Of a stretch of 64,000 nt of DNA, positions 63,659 through 64,000 are shown in pieces. Made by a program: the position numbers and the translations under genes. This DNA comes from Lingula anatina (lineage: Eukaryota; Animalia; Brachiopoda), in NCBI GenBank assembly GCA_051362555.1, contig CM120642.1:20398001-20462000 (forward strand), in the 5' to 3' direction. The notes below the pieces were generated by a model. That model was not told the DNA's origin. It worked only from the letters and a program-made list of their open reading frames with translations, and did not search any database. Every line of letters begins with the position of its first letter. The stretch's first letter is position 1.

Positions 63659-63925
63659 GTGCGTCCCTGCGTTGCGGTTGCGGGGACGACGCTGCCAAAC
63701 ATCGCTGGGAGCCAGTAAGCGACACATGTCCCATGGGATGTATGACATTTAGGGTCAACGAAGGCTCGGTCAGATCCAGGGAAGGGAGAGACTATCTCAT
63801 CAGCAGAAATGAGGCTCGGTCCTACTGCGCAGAAATAGGTGGCAGACTGGTCGATAACCTCATCTACAGCCTGCAAGACACGCCCCGTTGCTGGTCTGAC
63901 CTGGAGCACTGGATCCAAGGTGCAG
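63659..63925 (+). CDS. Exon 2 of a secreted C-type-lectin-like protein (gene continues beyond window)
   Basis: Acceptor ttacag, phase matches exon 1, donor g|gtaagt. The motif EARSYCAEIGGRLV resembles the CTLD alpha1 EAxxxCxxxGGxL. Confidence 0.75.
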
Positions 63926-64000
63926 GTAAGTGGTGGTCAGCGGTTTCCTGTGGACATTGCCTTTTAGTATAGGGACTCGGTGGGGCTTTACAGGGACCTT

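Overview
AT-rich eukaryotic genomic DNA with spliceosomal introns, probably from a marine invertebrate (lophotrochozoan-like; the species cannot be determined from the sequence). Three host genes are present. (1) The 3' 15 coding exons (13730-45390, +, about 711 aa, reading frame verified across every junction) of a protein with two tandem TIR-like domains, a following domain with motifs like the post-COR domain of Roco proteins, and a K-Ras4B-like basic CaaX tail (KKSKACVIM*). (2) A convergent, nearly intronless GRL101-like leucine-rich-repeat GPCR (53592-48613, -, about 1517 aa) with a signal peptide-CUB-like-CTLD-CTLD-LDLa-LRR-7TM architecture. (3) The first two coding exons of a secreted C-type-lectin-like protein (63056-63925, +). 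The introns of gene 1 are filled with non-autonomous transposons: four-level nested Helentron-like elements carrying 161-bp and 146-bp satellite arrays, TA-targeting CGGTA...TACCG TIR elements, Harbinger-like MITEs and a LINE fragment. An EnSpm-like MITE and another MITE lie between genes 2 and 3. Most short ORFs in the supplied track are repeat-derived or antisense noise.
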